From assembly GCA_038065395.1 (NCBI GenBank), contig JBBTRB010000003.1, positions 85,800 to 149,799 of the forward strand: 64,000 nucleotides of DNA. Direction: 5' to 3'. A model generated the notes under the pieces. That model was given only the letters and a program-made list of their open reading frames with translations. It did no database searches and had not been told where the DNA came from. Both the position numbers and the translations under genes were made by a program. The DNA comes from Patescibacteria group bacterium. GTDB taxonomy: Bacteria; Patescibacteriota; Minisyncoccia; Phycocordibacterales; PALSA-1337. The stretch's first letter is position 1. Every line of letters starts with the position of its first letter. Shown one piece after another: positions 46,833 to 55,008 of this stretch.

Positions 46833-47710
46833 GGGTTTGCAGAAATAGTTGCGAATGTTGTTCCTGGTTCAGTTGAAGTAAATGCGATGTTGTGAGTATC
46901 AAAATGATCCTTAAGATTGAGAAGTGTCGACCGTAGAGATCGTTCTGCATCAGCATATGTACCCAGTGCGATCATGGACTGCATCGGATCTGTGGAAACA
47001 TTGCGAAATTGTTGATTTATGAAACCGAGAGCACTCAGGTTGTTGATGAGCTCGATGTGAATGTTCTGTATTGAAGATGGTGTTGGTATCGAAATGAGAG
47101 CTCGTATTAGGTTTTCGTACGAGACGATAACAGGGTCGAGATCTTCGAGTATGTCCATATCCTCGTCTTCGAGTGCGCTCGTGACGATCTCGAGAGGGTT
47201 TGTACGAGGTGCATGGGTGATAAATGCAGTTGCTACAGAGTTGCCATAAATGCGCATCGATCCAGCGTCATTGTTCGAGGATGCGACGATGTCTGCCGAA
47301 GAATACGCCACAGGAACAGGGGCATGTTGGACAATATCCTCCAATGTACTCTCGACACTATTCTCCACGGCAACACTGTCACTCGACAGATTCTGTTGTC
47401 GAAGTTGCATGTAACGTTCGAAGAAATCTCGACCAAGGACGTCGGTCAGAGTCAGGGGTTCCGAAGAGGATATCTCTGAGGATCCTGATGTCGAGGCTAC
47501 CGAGAGGAGCGCTTTCTTCCAGTCGATCGAATCGTCGAGTGCGATGAGTGTATCATTCGAAGTCGATGTTCTGGCAGTTACGACGGGGGCAGTACTTGTC
47601 GATATTTCAGCATCGGAGTGTGATCGGACATACGCCACAAATCCGGTTACAACGAGAGCACATACAACGGCAATAGTAATAGTATTTGTATGCGGGTAGA
47701 GTCGGGTCAT
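46829..47710 (-). CDS. Membrane-anchored hypothetical protein
   Basis: N-terminal TM, DW, TLTD.LGR, YGN, P.P....IH.ELIN. Confidence 0.65.
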   Translation of the reverse strand: MTRLYPHTNTITIAVVCALVVTGFVAYVRSHSDAEISTSTAPVVTARTSTSNDTLIALDDSIDWKKALLSVASTSGSSEISSSEPLTLTDVLGRDFFERYMQLRQQNLSSDSVAVENSVESTLEDIVQHAPVPVAYSSADIVASSNNDAGSMRIYGNSVATAFITHAPRTNPLEIVTSALEDEDMDILEDLDPVIVSYENLIRALISIPTPSSIQNIHIELINNLSALGFINQQFRNVSTDPMQSMIALGTYADAERSLRSTLLNLKDHFDTHNIAFTSTEPGTTFATISANP

Positions 47711-47762
47711 ACTCTCCAAATTGTATCAAAAAAAGGCCGTATACACCCAGAATTATGTGGAT

Positions 47763-47787
47763 AGTAGCGAGGTCCGACCTCGCTACT
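47763..47787. repeat. REP-like palindrome (AGGTCCGACCT core)
   Basis: AGTAGCGAGGT-ccg-ACCTCGCTACT, 11-bp stem; related copies at 48810-48830 and 5564-5577. Confidence 0.7.
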
Positions 47788-47790
47788 CTG

Positions 47791-48786
47791 CTATGGAGAA
47801 GTTCCGATCTTGAGAATAGTCCCCTTCGGACTTCCTTGTGCAGAACACCCTGTGCCAGCGTATACCATGCACGAAGCTCCACCAGGTGTGTAGTCTCCCA
47901 GAACATTTACCCCGATAGTAGTTACATTATAAAAAGAATGAAGAATACTCGATCCTGTTGTATATAACAAAGAAGTCATGCTTCCTCGGACATCCTGGAT
48001 ATCGAGCAGTATAGATGAGCTGCAGGTACAATACGTTATGTTATAGACCATGCCACCAAAGGTCATTGCCCCGCCTCCTCCGAGAGCTGCACCACCGAGA
48101 GCTGCACCTCCGCCGATCGCTGCACCCCCAGCTCCACCACCACCGTCGTCATCCCCGCCTCCAAAAAATGACCCGACCGTGCTAAATGTAGCTCCAGTGG
48201 GCGTTAATTTATATAACAAATCAGACATAGTTGTATCGCCAGTGAGTTGGCCGAGGCCTGCATCGAACATCCATCCCGAAACCTCACGGTCGATCTCCTC
48301 GATACTTTTGCTGTCACCGCCAGAATTCCTCGTAGTTTCGGTGCCACCTGTCGTCCTTTGTCCGGAGGTGTTGGTGTAGAAATATGACTGATTTTGCCAG
48401 GCAGGAATGTCAGAATCTTGGTTTATAGGTTGATTTTGTTGAGGTTGTTGGGTAGAAGTCGTCACGGGCTGGGTCGATGTGCTCGTAGAAGTGTTGGTTG
48501 GGCGTGTATTCGTTGTAGTGTCACGATATTCTGGTGTGTTTTGTCTTACCGGGACTACCTGTACAGACGTATCGGTGCCGGTAAAAGGGTTGATATTGAG
48601 ACCTGTCGAAGTAGCAGTGGGGACAGCATCGGGAGACAGTCCTCGGTCAACAGAGGAGAAACTAGGGTTATTCGGGTCATCGGTCTGTGTCGTAGTCGGG
48701 AAAAACAGTGAATACACATAGAGGATAACCCCGATCAGGATGAGGAGAATGACCACAAAAATCCCTAGACGTAGTGGATGTTGCAC
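47791..48786 (-). CDS. Membrane-anchored protein with Thr/Gln- and Gly-rich linkers and Cys-rich C-terminal domain
   Basis: TM, low-complexity stalk, FGG...YCTCS...LG.Y.PG..C.VY.G..C...GTI..IGTS. Confidence 0.65.
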   Translation of the reverse strand: MQHPLRLGIFVVILLILIGVILYVYSLFFPTTTQTDDPNNPSFSSVDRGLSPDAVPTATSTGLNINPFTGTDTSVQVVPVRQNTPEYRDTTTNTRPTNTSTSTSTQPVTTSTQQPQQNQPINQDSDIPAWQNQSYFYTNTSGQRTTGGTETTRNSGGDSKSIEEIDREVSGWMFDAGLGQLTGDTTMSDLLYKLTPTGATFSTVGSFFGGGDDDGGGGAGGAAIGGGAALGGAALGGGGAMTFGGMVYNITYCTCSSSILLDIQDVRGSMTSLLYTTGSSILHSFYNVTTIGVNVLGDYTPGGASCMVYAGTGCSAQGSPKGTILKIGTSP

Positions 48787-48809
48787 CTGAATATAATACC
48801 ATAGGAGCG

Positions 48810-48830
48810 AGTAGCAAGGTCCGACCTCGC
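48810..48830. repeat. REP-like palindrome (AGGTCCGACCT core)
   Basis: AGTAGCAAGGTCCGACCTCGC, 20/21 identical to 47763-47783. Confidence 0.65.
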
Positions 48831-48834
48831 CACC

Positions 48835-49644
48835 TTACTTCGCGAGCGCGTTCGCAAGTTCAATCCATTTGCTCACTGGTATATCTTCGGAACGAACTTT
48901 GGGATCAAGACCTGTCTGTTGCCATGCCTGTTCAAGAGTATTTATATCAAAAAGTGCTTCGAGGTTACGGATGGTGAACTTTCTTTTGTGTGCAAAGGCG
49001 GTTTTCACGATAGTGAAGAAACGACGAGTATGCTCGGAATCTGTGAAATGCGCGACACGATCCGTAGAGTTGATACCGCTGATCTCAAGTATCGCCGAGT
49101 CGACTGTTGGCGGAGGAGTGAACGCTCCTGGCGGTACGGTTGCAACGATCCGCGGTACACCGAAAGCTTTGACGGATACGGAGAGGATGCTCTCTTTGCC
49201 GTCACGAGCGACGATGCGTTCGGCGACTTCTTTTTGTACGAGGAGGACCATACGTTGCGGTCTTGGTGCATGTTCCAGGAATGATTCGAGGATCGCTCCG
49301 GTGATGTAGTACGGAATATTGGCAACCACGGCGTATCCCCCATCTTTCAGGCCTATGGTTGCACGGTCGAGCTCGAGGATATCTCCGTGGAGAAGCTCGA
49401 GTTTCCCTGAAATGATCTCGGTTGCATATTTTTCTCCGAGGAGTGCATAGGCCCGATCGTCTTTTTCTATAGCGATGACACGGTCACTCTTCTTGAGGAG
49501 TTCATCGGTCAACACTCCTGTACCAGGACCGATCTCGAGCACTGTCTCGTCTTGGACGATCTGTGATGCATCGACGATCTTACGCAGTACTCCTGGTGAA
49601 TTCAAGAAGTGTTGCCCAAGGGATTTTTTTGGAATTATTTTCAT
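48835..49644 (-). CDS. rsmA: 16S rRNA dimethyladenosine transferase RsmA/KsgA
   Basis: PKKSLGQHFL, VLEIGPGTGVLT, ANIPYYIT, QKEVAER, F.P.P.VDS. Confidence 0.96.
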   Translation of the reverse strand: MKIIPKKSLGQHFLNSPGVLRKIVDASQIVQDETVLEIGPGTGVLTDELLKKSDRVIAIEKDDRAYALLGEKYATEIISGKLELLHGDILELDRATIGLKDGGYAVVANIPYYITGAILESFLEHAPRPQRMVLLVQKEVAERIVARDGKESILSVSVKAFGVPRIVATVPPGAFTPPPTVDSAILEISGINSTDRVAHFTDSEHTRRFFTIVKTAFAHKRKFTIRNLEALFDINTLEQAWQQTGLDPKVRSEDIPVSKWIELANALAK

Positions 49645-49648
49645 ATAT

Positions 49649-49815
49649 AAGATGAGGCAGTATATCCTATTCCTCACCCACGATCAGCTTTGCTCACACT
49701 ACCTAAACCGTTCGCAAAGCTGTCTTTTCTCGGCGCCACCTTACAGGGATTATATATTCAATGTGGACGTGGCGCCTGCGAAGAGGGATCGGAACAGGAC
49801 ATACTGCCCCATCTT
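49649..49815 (-). ncRNA. Structured element copy B between pcrA and rsmA
   Basis: 25-bp outer stem (49649-49673/49791-49815) whose three mismatches are G-U pairs on the minus strand; core homologous to 33748-33916 with compensatory changes. Confidence 0.55.
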
Positions 49816-49827
49816 GTCACACTTACC

Positions 49828-51747
49828 CTAAAAATCAATGAAGATCGCTTTGGCTCCCGTAACACCTGAATGTCCAGGATTGTGTTCGTGGATGAGGCTC
49901 TTCTGGATGTCAGCGATGAACTCCGATGGAGTGTTCACGCGTTGAGATCCATAGATCGTTCTGACCATAGCATGGCTCAGATACAGCTTTTTACGAGCAC
50001 GGGTCAGCGCTACATAGAAGATGCGACGCTCTTCTTCCTCTTCGGCTTGGCTGATATCGGCTTCGTCCATATGTTTGAGCGGGAACAGATCCTGTTCGAG
50101 CCCTGAGATGAATACATGGTCGAACTCCAGACCCTTCGAGGCGTGTATCGTCATCAGTTTCACAGCATTGATCTCTTTCTCGAGATCGTCTTGGTCACTG
50201 GCCAGTGCCGCATTACTCAAAAATGTTTCCATGCCCTCTTCTGGAGAGAGATGGTCATACTGTGTGGCTACCGATACGAGTTCTTGCACGTTGAGGATGC
50301 GCTCCTCGTCCTCACTTGTCCCTTCGCGGAGTGCACGCTCAAGACCGGTTTCTTGGATGACGAACTTCACCGCAAGCGACGGCTTTTTCTCTTTGCATTC
50401 ACGTGCAATATCATCGAGTAGTTTCCAGAAGTTGTTGATCTTGGCCTGCATCCCTGCAGGCAATGAAGCCTGGCCTCCGGCGGCGAGTTTGGTCAGAGTG
50501 ACTTTGCCGATGCCACGAGTCGGTACGTTGATACAGCGCATGATGTCACCCCAGGCTTCCCTGTTGAGAGCAGCTCGGATATAGGAGAGTACGTCTTTGA
50601 TCTCTTTACGTTCGAAGAACCTGGTGCCGACGAGTTGGTAGGCGATATTTTTCTTGATGAAGAATTCTTCCAACACGCGTGACTGGAAGTTCGTGCGATA
50701 GAGCACAGCGATGTCTTTGGGTTCAGAACCAGCTCGTATCAGAGATCTGACCTCGTCGGCGATCGTGCGCGCCTCGTCACTTTCGGTATAGTTGACCAAC
50801 AAAGATATTTTCTCTCCATGGTCGTTGTTGGTGTACAGAGTCTTCTTCCTGCGGAGAGTGTTCTTTTCGATGATGTCGTTGGCGGCAGTGAGGATCGTCT
50901 TGGTCGAACGATAATTTTGTTCGAGGGTGATGACGGTCGCATCAGGATAGTCCTTCTCAAAATTGAGGATGTTCTCGATAGTTGCCCCGCGCCAACTGTA
51001 GATGTTCTGGTCGATATCGCCGACCACGCAGATGTTGCGATGCTCAGCAGAGAGATACTGCGCGATGCGATATTGGACTTTGTTGGTGTCCTGATATTCG
51101 TCGATGTGAACATATTTCCAGATAGCAGCATATTTTTTGCGGACGTCTGCATGTTTGCCGAGGAGTTCAGAAGTCTTCAGAAGGAGATCATCGAAGTCGA
51201 GTGACTTCTCTTTTGCCATGACGGTGTCATATATCTCCCAGATCGCTGCAACCTTCTCTTCATAGTACCCACCTGCATGGTCAGCGAATGCTAGTCGGTT
51301 GAGCCCCTCGCCTTTTGCACGAGAGATCACCCCGATGATCTTGCCCGGATCGAATACTTTGGGATCCAAAGAAAGCTTTTCCAATGCCTCTTTGATCGCG
51401 CGACGCGAGTCGGAACGGTCGGCGATCGTGAAGTGTCGATGAAGGCCGAGGAGTACTGCATTTTCTCGGATAATATGGACTCCGAGCGAGTGGAAGGTGC
51501 TCACGAAAGGCTTACCTACCGCTGTGGTGCCAGACAACAGAGAGCCTACTCGGTCGCGCATCTCCTTTGCTGCTTTGTTGGTAAAGGTGATGGCTAGTAT
51601 CGCCGAAGGAGCGACTCCCTTCTGGATCAGGTGGAGGATACGATGAGTGATGACACGGGTCTTGCCGGCACCTGCACCCGCGATGATGAGCACCGGTCCA
51701 TCGGTTGTTTTGACGGCTTTATCTTGGGCATCATTGAGTCCATTCAT
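49828..51747 (-). CDS. pcrA: ATP-dependent DNA helicase PcrA/UvrD
   Basis: AGAGAGKTR, ITFTNKAA.EM, DEYQDTN, VGDIDQNIYSWRGA, LEQNYRST, MTIHASKGLEF, EERRIFYVALTRA. Confidence 0.95.
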   Translation of the reverse strand: MNGLNDAQDKAVKTTDGPVLIIAGAGAGKTRVITHRILHLIQKGVAPSAILAITFTNKAAKEMRDRVGSLLSGTTAVGKPFVSTFHSLGVHIIRENAVLLGLHRHFTIADRSDSRRAIKEALEKLSLDPKVFDPGKIIGVISRAKGEGLNRLAFADHAGGYYEEKVAAIWEIYDTVMAKEKSLDFDDLLLKTSELLGKHADVRKKYAAIWKYVHIDEYQDTNKVQYRIAQYLSAEHRNICVVGDIDQNIYSWRGATIENILNFEKDYPDATVITLEQNYRSTKTILTAANDIIEKNTLRRKKTLYTNNDHGEKISLLVNYTESDEARTIADEVRSLIRAGSEPKDIAVLYRTNFQSRVLEEFFIKKNIAYQLVGTRFFERKEIKDVLSYIRAALNREAWGDIMRCINVPTRGIGKVTLTKLAAGGQASLPAGMQAKINNFWKLLDDIARECKEKKPSLAVKFVIQETGLERALREGTSEDEERILNVQELVSVATQYDHLSPEEGMETFLSNAALASDQDDLEKEINAVKLMTIHASKGLEFDHVFISGLEQDLFPLKHMDEADISQAEEEEERRIFYVALTRARKKLYLSHAMVRTIYGSQRVNTPSEFIADIQKSLIHEHNPGHSGVTGAKAIFIDF

Positions 51748-51997
51748 AGAGTGAGTATAGTAGCACACCTCCCACGGACTCGAGGAATTATTTACACATC
51801 ATTATTTGACATTACGTCAAGTAATGATGATATACACATTTCAAATTGACAATTATTGCCCAACTGTTAACCTAGATAAGTTACCTCGTGGGTAAGTCCA
51901 GATAAAAGGCTTAGTAGAGCCATTTGTCGAAAGAAAATCCTCTTCCGGTATAGTTAGAAAATGTACAGACGGACATTGCGCTATACGAAGTCTTGTT

Positions 51998-53023
51998 ATG
52001 AAATATAATCTCAATTTAATAGTGTTCGCCGTAGTGTGCACCTGCATATTATTCCCTACATCCAATGCGCATGCGGGCATGCTTTCGTACGTCTCTGCCC
52101 TCTTTGGTAGTGAGTCTGCTGTAGCACAAAGCGTACCAACGACGAACGGTCAGAATCTCCAGACGATCGCACTCCTCCAGGCGGCCGTCAATATAGATCC
52201 GAACCCAGAGAAGGTTGCCGATATTATCCCTGTTCAGGCGGGCGACACTCTGTCAGCGGACCTTGCTATGGGCAACACCGGGACGTCTCATGGCACTATC
52301 AACACTCAGGTCAGTACCTATGTGATCCAGAATGGCGACACTCTCTCGGGTATTGCGGAGATGTTCGGCGTATCGGTCAATACGATCCTCTGGGCGAACG
52401 GCATCACCAAGGCATCGGGCATCCAGCCAGGACAGTCTCTCGTCATCTTGCCTGTGTCAGGTATCGTCCACAAGGTCAAAAGTGGTGATACGATCCTCGG
52501 CATCGTCGCCCAATACAAAGCAGACATCAATGAAGTTTTGGAATACAACGATATCACCCTCTCTTCCCCACTCTCTGTCGGCCAGTCGATCATCTTGCCT
52601 GACGTCGAAATCTCCACAGCCCTCCCTACTCGTATCGTTGTCGGTGGTTCACTATCGAGTGGATCGAGCCAGACAACTTCCAAGTATTATATTCGACCAT
52701 TGAAGGTCGGTGTACGCACCCAAGGCATCCATGGATACAATGGTGTTGACCTCGCGGCCCCTGTAGGGACTTCAGTCTATGCTTCTGCCGAAGGCTCGGT
52801 GATCGTCAGTCGCAGCGGTGCCTATAACGGTGGCTATGGCAACTTCGTCATCATCGCTCATCCGAACGGCACTCAGACACTCTATGCCCACCTTTCCAAG
52901 AATCTCGTAGCCTCTGGTGACTATGTCGAACAGGGTGACAAGATCGGTCTCGTCGGTAGTACCGGCAAGTCTACTGGTCCCCACCTCCACTTCGAGATTC
53001 GAGGAGCCAAGAATCCGTTTTAA
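51998..53023 (+). CDS. LysM-repeat M23 family peptidoglycan peptidase
   Basis: Two LysM (YVIQNGDTLSGIA; HKVKSGDTI), H.GVD, TLYAHL, STGPHLHFE. Confidence 0.92.
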   Translation: MKYNLNLIVFAVVCTCILFPTSNAHAGMLSYVSALFGSESAVAQSVPTTNGQNLQTIALLQAAVNIDPNPEKVADIIPVQAGDTLSADLAMGNTGTSHGTINTQVSTYVIQNGDTLSGIAEMFGVSVNTILWANGITKASGIQPGQSLVILPVSGIVHKVKSGDTILGIVAQYKADINEVLEYNDITLSSPLSVGQSIILPDVEISTALPTRIVVGGSLSSGSSQTTSKYYIRPLKVGVRTQGIHGYNGVDLAAPVGTSVYASAEGSVIVSRSGAYNGGYGNFVIIAHPNGTQTLYAHLSKNLVASGDYVEQGDKIGLVGSTGKSTGPHLHFEIRGAKNPF

Positions 53024-54537
53024 ACCTTCTTATACTGCAACGCCTCCAATATATGCTCCTTGCGTATCGTATCAGTACCCGCAAGGTCAGCGATCGTCTG
53101 AGCGACTTTGATGATACGGTGATATCCTCGGCCAGATAGTTCGAACTTTTGTGCAGAGAGTTTGAGTGTTTCGCGTGCATTCTCATCGAGAGTGACACAG
53201 AGGTCTATGTCTCGGGCATTCATTTCACTATTATAATATTTCGTCAGTCCATACTTTTTGAACCGTTGTTCTTGGCGAAGTCTTGCGACGATGATGCGTG
53301 CGCGGATATCCTTCGATGACTCCCCTGTCGGAGTTGTAGCAGAGAGCTCGTCATAGTCGACTTTGTGTACGTTCATCCAGATATCGATACGGTCGAGTAT
53401 CGGGCCAGATATTTTGCGGCGGTATTTGTCTATCTCTCGGCGAGGACAGACGCAGCCGTTCTCTATGCCTTTGCCACAGGGGCACGGGTTCATCGACGCT
53501 ACGAATATACACTGTGCGGGGAAAGTCACTGTCCCTCGTGCTCGAGATATGGTGACGCTGTGGTCTTCGAGCGGTTGGCGGAGTGCTTCGATGACGTCGC
53601 GATCGAACTCGGTGAATTCGTCGAGAAAGAGTACGCCTCTATGTGCCAAGGTTATCTCGCCTGGCTTAGGGATCGCTCCACCACCGATGACTGATGGGTA
53701 TGATGCGGTATGGTGTGGTGCACGAAAAGGTGGATGAGTGATGATATGTTCGGTCAGACTCCGGGCGGCAGAGTGTATGCCGGTGACTTCGACCGCCTGT
53801 TCGTATGAGAGCGGTGGCAAGATCGAGTGGAATGCATGTGCAAGCATAGTCTTGCCGGTGCCAGGCGGACCACTCATGATGATGTTGTGAGCACCTGCAG
53901 CAGCGATCTCCAGACTACGCTTGGCGGTTTCGTTGCCACGGACCGTCTGCATGTCGGTCGTATGTGCATAGTCGAGAGTTGGTGAGAGGGTGGCGGGACC
54001 GATCGGGCACAGAGGTTTATCGCCCGAGAGGTGCCCGATGATCTCGTCGAGCCTCGAAGCCGCATATATAGTCATGTTCTGTGCCAAGGATGCTTCGGCG
54101 ATGTTGTCCGTCGGTACGAATGCAGTAGTGAAGCCGTGTCTATGTGCCTGACATAAGAGAGGTAGAAGCCCAGATGTCTTGCGGATGTTACCCTCGAGTG
54201 ATAGTTCGCCGAACAAAAGTGCATTCCTCTCAGGTGCCTGTACGTCCCCTGTTGCGGTGAGGTATGCGATCGCCATGGCAAGGTCAAAAGAAGGACCTTC
54301 TTTGCGTAGATCTGCTGGGGCGAGAGATATGACGACCTTGTGGTTGCGTTGTTTGGGAGAAGTAAATCCGGAGTTCTTGATCGCGGCAGATATGCGGTCT
54401 TTGGCCTCATCTACCGACCGGTCTCCGAGTCCTACAATAGAAAAAGCATGGAGACCGTTCGAGATATCTACTTCGACAGATATGATCTCGATCGCCAGGC
54501 CGACTAGCTGTGCGCTATATGTTGTAGCGATACTCAT
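53020..54537 (-). CDS. comM: ComM/YifB Mg-chelatase-like AAA+ ATPase
   Basis: LAPADLRKEGPSFDL, GPPGTGKTMLA, PFRAPHHTAS, PGEITLAHRGVLFLDE, NPCPCG. Confidence 0.93.
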   Translation of the reverse strand: MSIATTYSAQLVGLAIEIISVEVDISNGLHAFSIVGLGDRSVDEAKDRISAAIKNSGFTSPKQRNHKVVISLAPADLRKEGPSFDLAMAIAYLTATGDVQAPERNALLFGELSLEGNIRKTSGLLPLLCQAHRHGFTTAFVPTDNIAEASLAQNMTIYAASRLDEIIGHLSGDKPLCPIGPATLSPTLDYAHTTDMQTVRGNETAKRSLEIAAAGAHNIIMSGPPGTGKTMLAHAFHSILPPLSYEQAVEVTGIHSAARSLTEHIITHPPFRAPHHTASYPSVIGGGAIPKPGEITLAHRGVLFLDEFTEFDRDVIEALRQPLEDHSVTISRARGTVTFPAQCIFVASMNPCPCGKGIENGCVCPRREIDKYRRKISGPILDRIDIWMNVHKVDYDELSATTPTGESSKDIRARIIVARLRQEQRFKKYGLTKYYNSEMNARDIDLCVTLDENARETLKLSAQKFELSGRGYHRIIKVAQTIADLAGTDTIRKEHILEALQYKKV

Positions 54538-54630
54538 ACCACCATCATAGGGGTACGGTATGAAGAAACGATGAATTTAGGTTAAAATCCCGATAAAAAT
54601 TCACGAGCATATCCAGATGAAGATAGTGGA

Positions 54631-54999
54631 CTAGCTCGAGTGATCGTGCTTGAGGGAGATACGTGCCGCAGGATTCGCTTCGAGGCGCTCCTTTTCTATA
54701 GGTTTCTTGCAGATTTCGCAGGTGCCATAGGTGTCCGTGTCGATCTTTTCGAGAGCAGCTTTGACGTCAGTGAGCTGTTTTTCGAGCTGGTGTGCAATAC
54801 CGATGTTATCATCGAGTTCTTCGAGTTTGTCAGCGAGTTCGTTCTCATCAGCAGGATCAACCTCCATGGCGCCTGTCGTAGCTTCCCAGCCACCTGGTGA
54901 ACTCGAGTCTTTCTGTGCGATACCACCGAGCTCTTGTTCCAGAGTGATCTTTTCCTCGAGCAGCTTCTTTTTGAAGAGTTCTAGGTCTTTTTTGTTCAT
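54631..54999 (-). CDS. DksA/TraR family protein with degenerate zinc finger
   Basis: Coiled coil, DENELAD, ALEKID..TYGTCEIC.KPI..ERLEANP; second CxxC absent. Confidence 0.82.
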   Translation of the reverse strand: MNKKDLELFKKKLLEEKITLEQELGGIAQKDSSSPGGWEATTGAMEVDPADENELADKLEELDDNIGIAHQLEKQLTDVKAALEKIDTDTYGTCEICKKPIEKERLEANPAARISLKHDHSS

Positions 55000-55008
55000 G
55001 CCACCATA

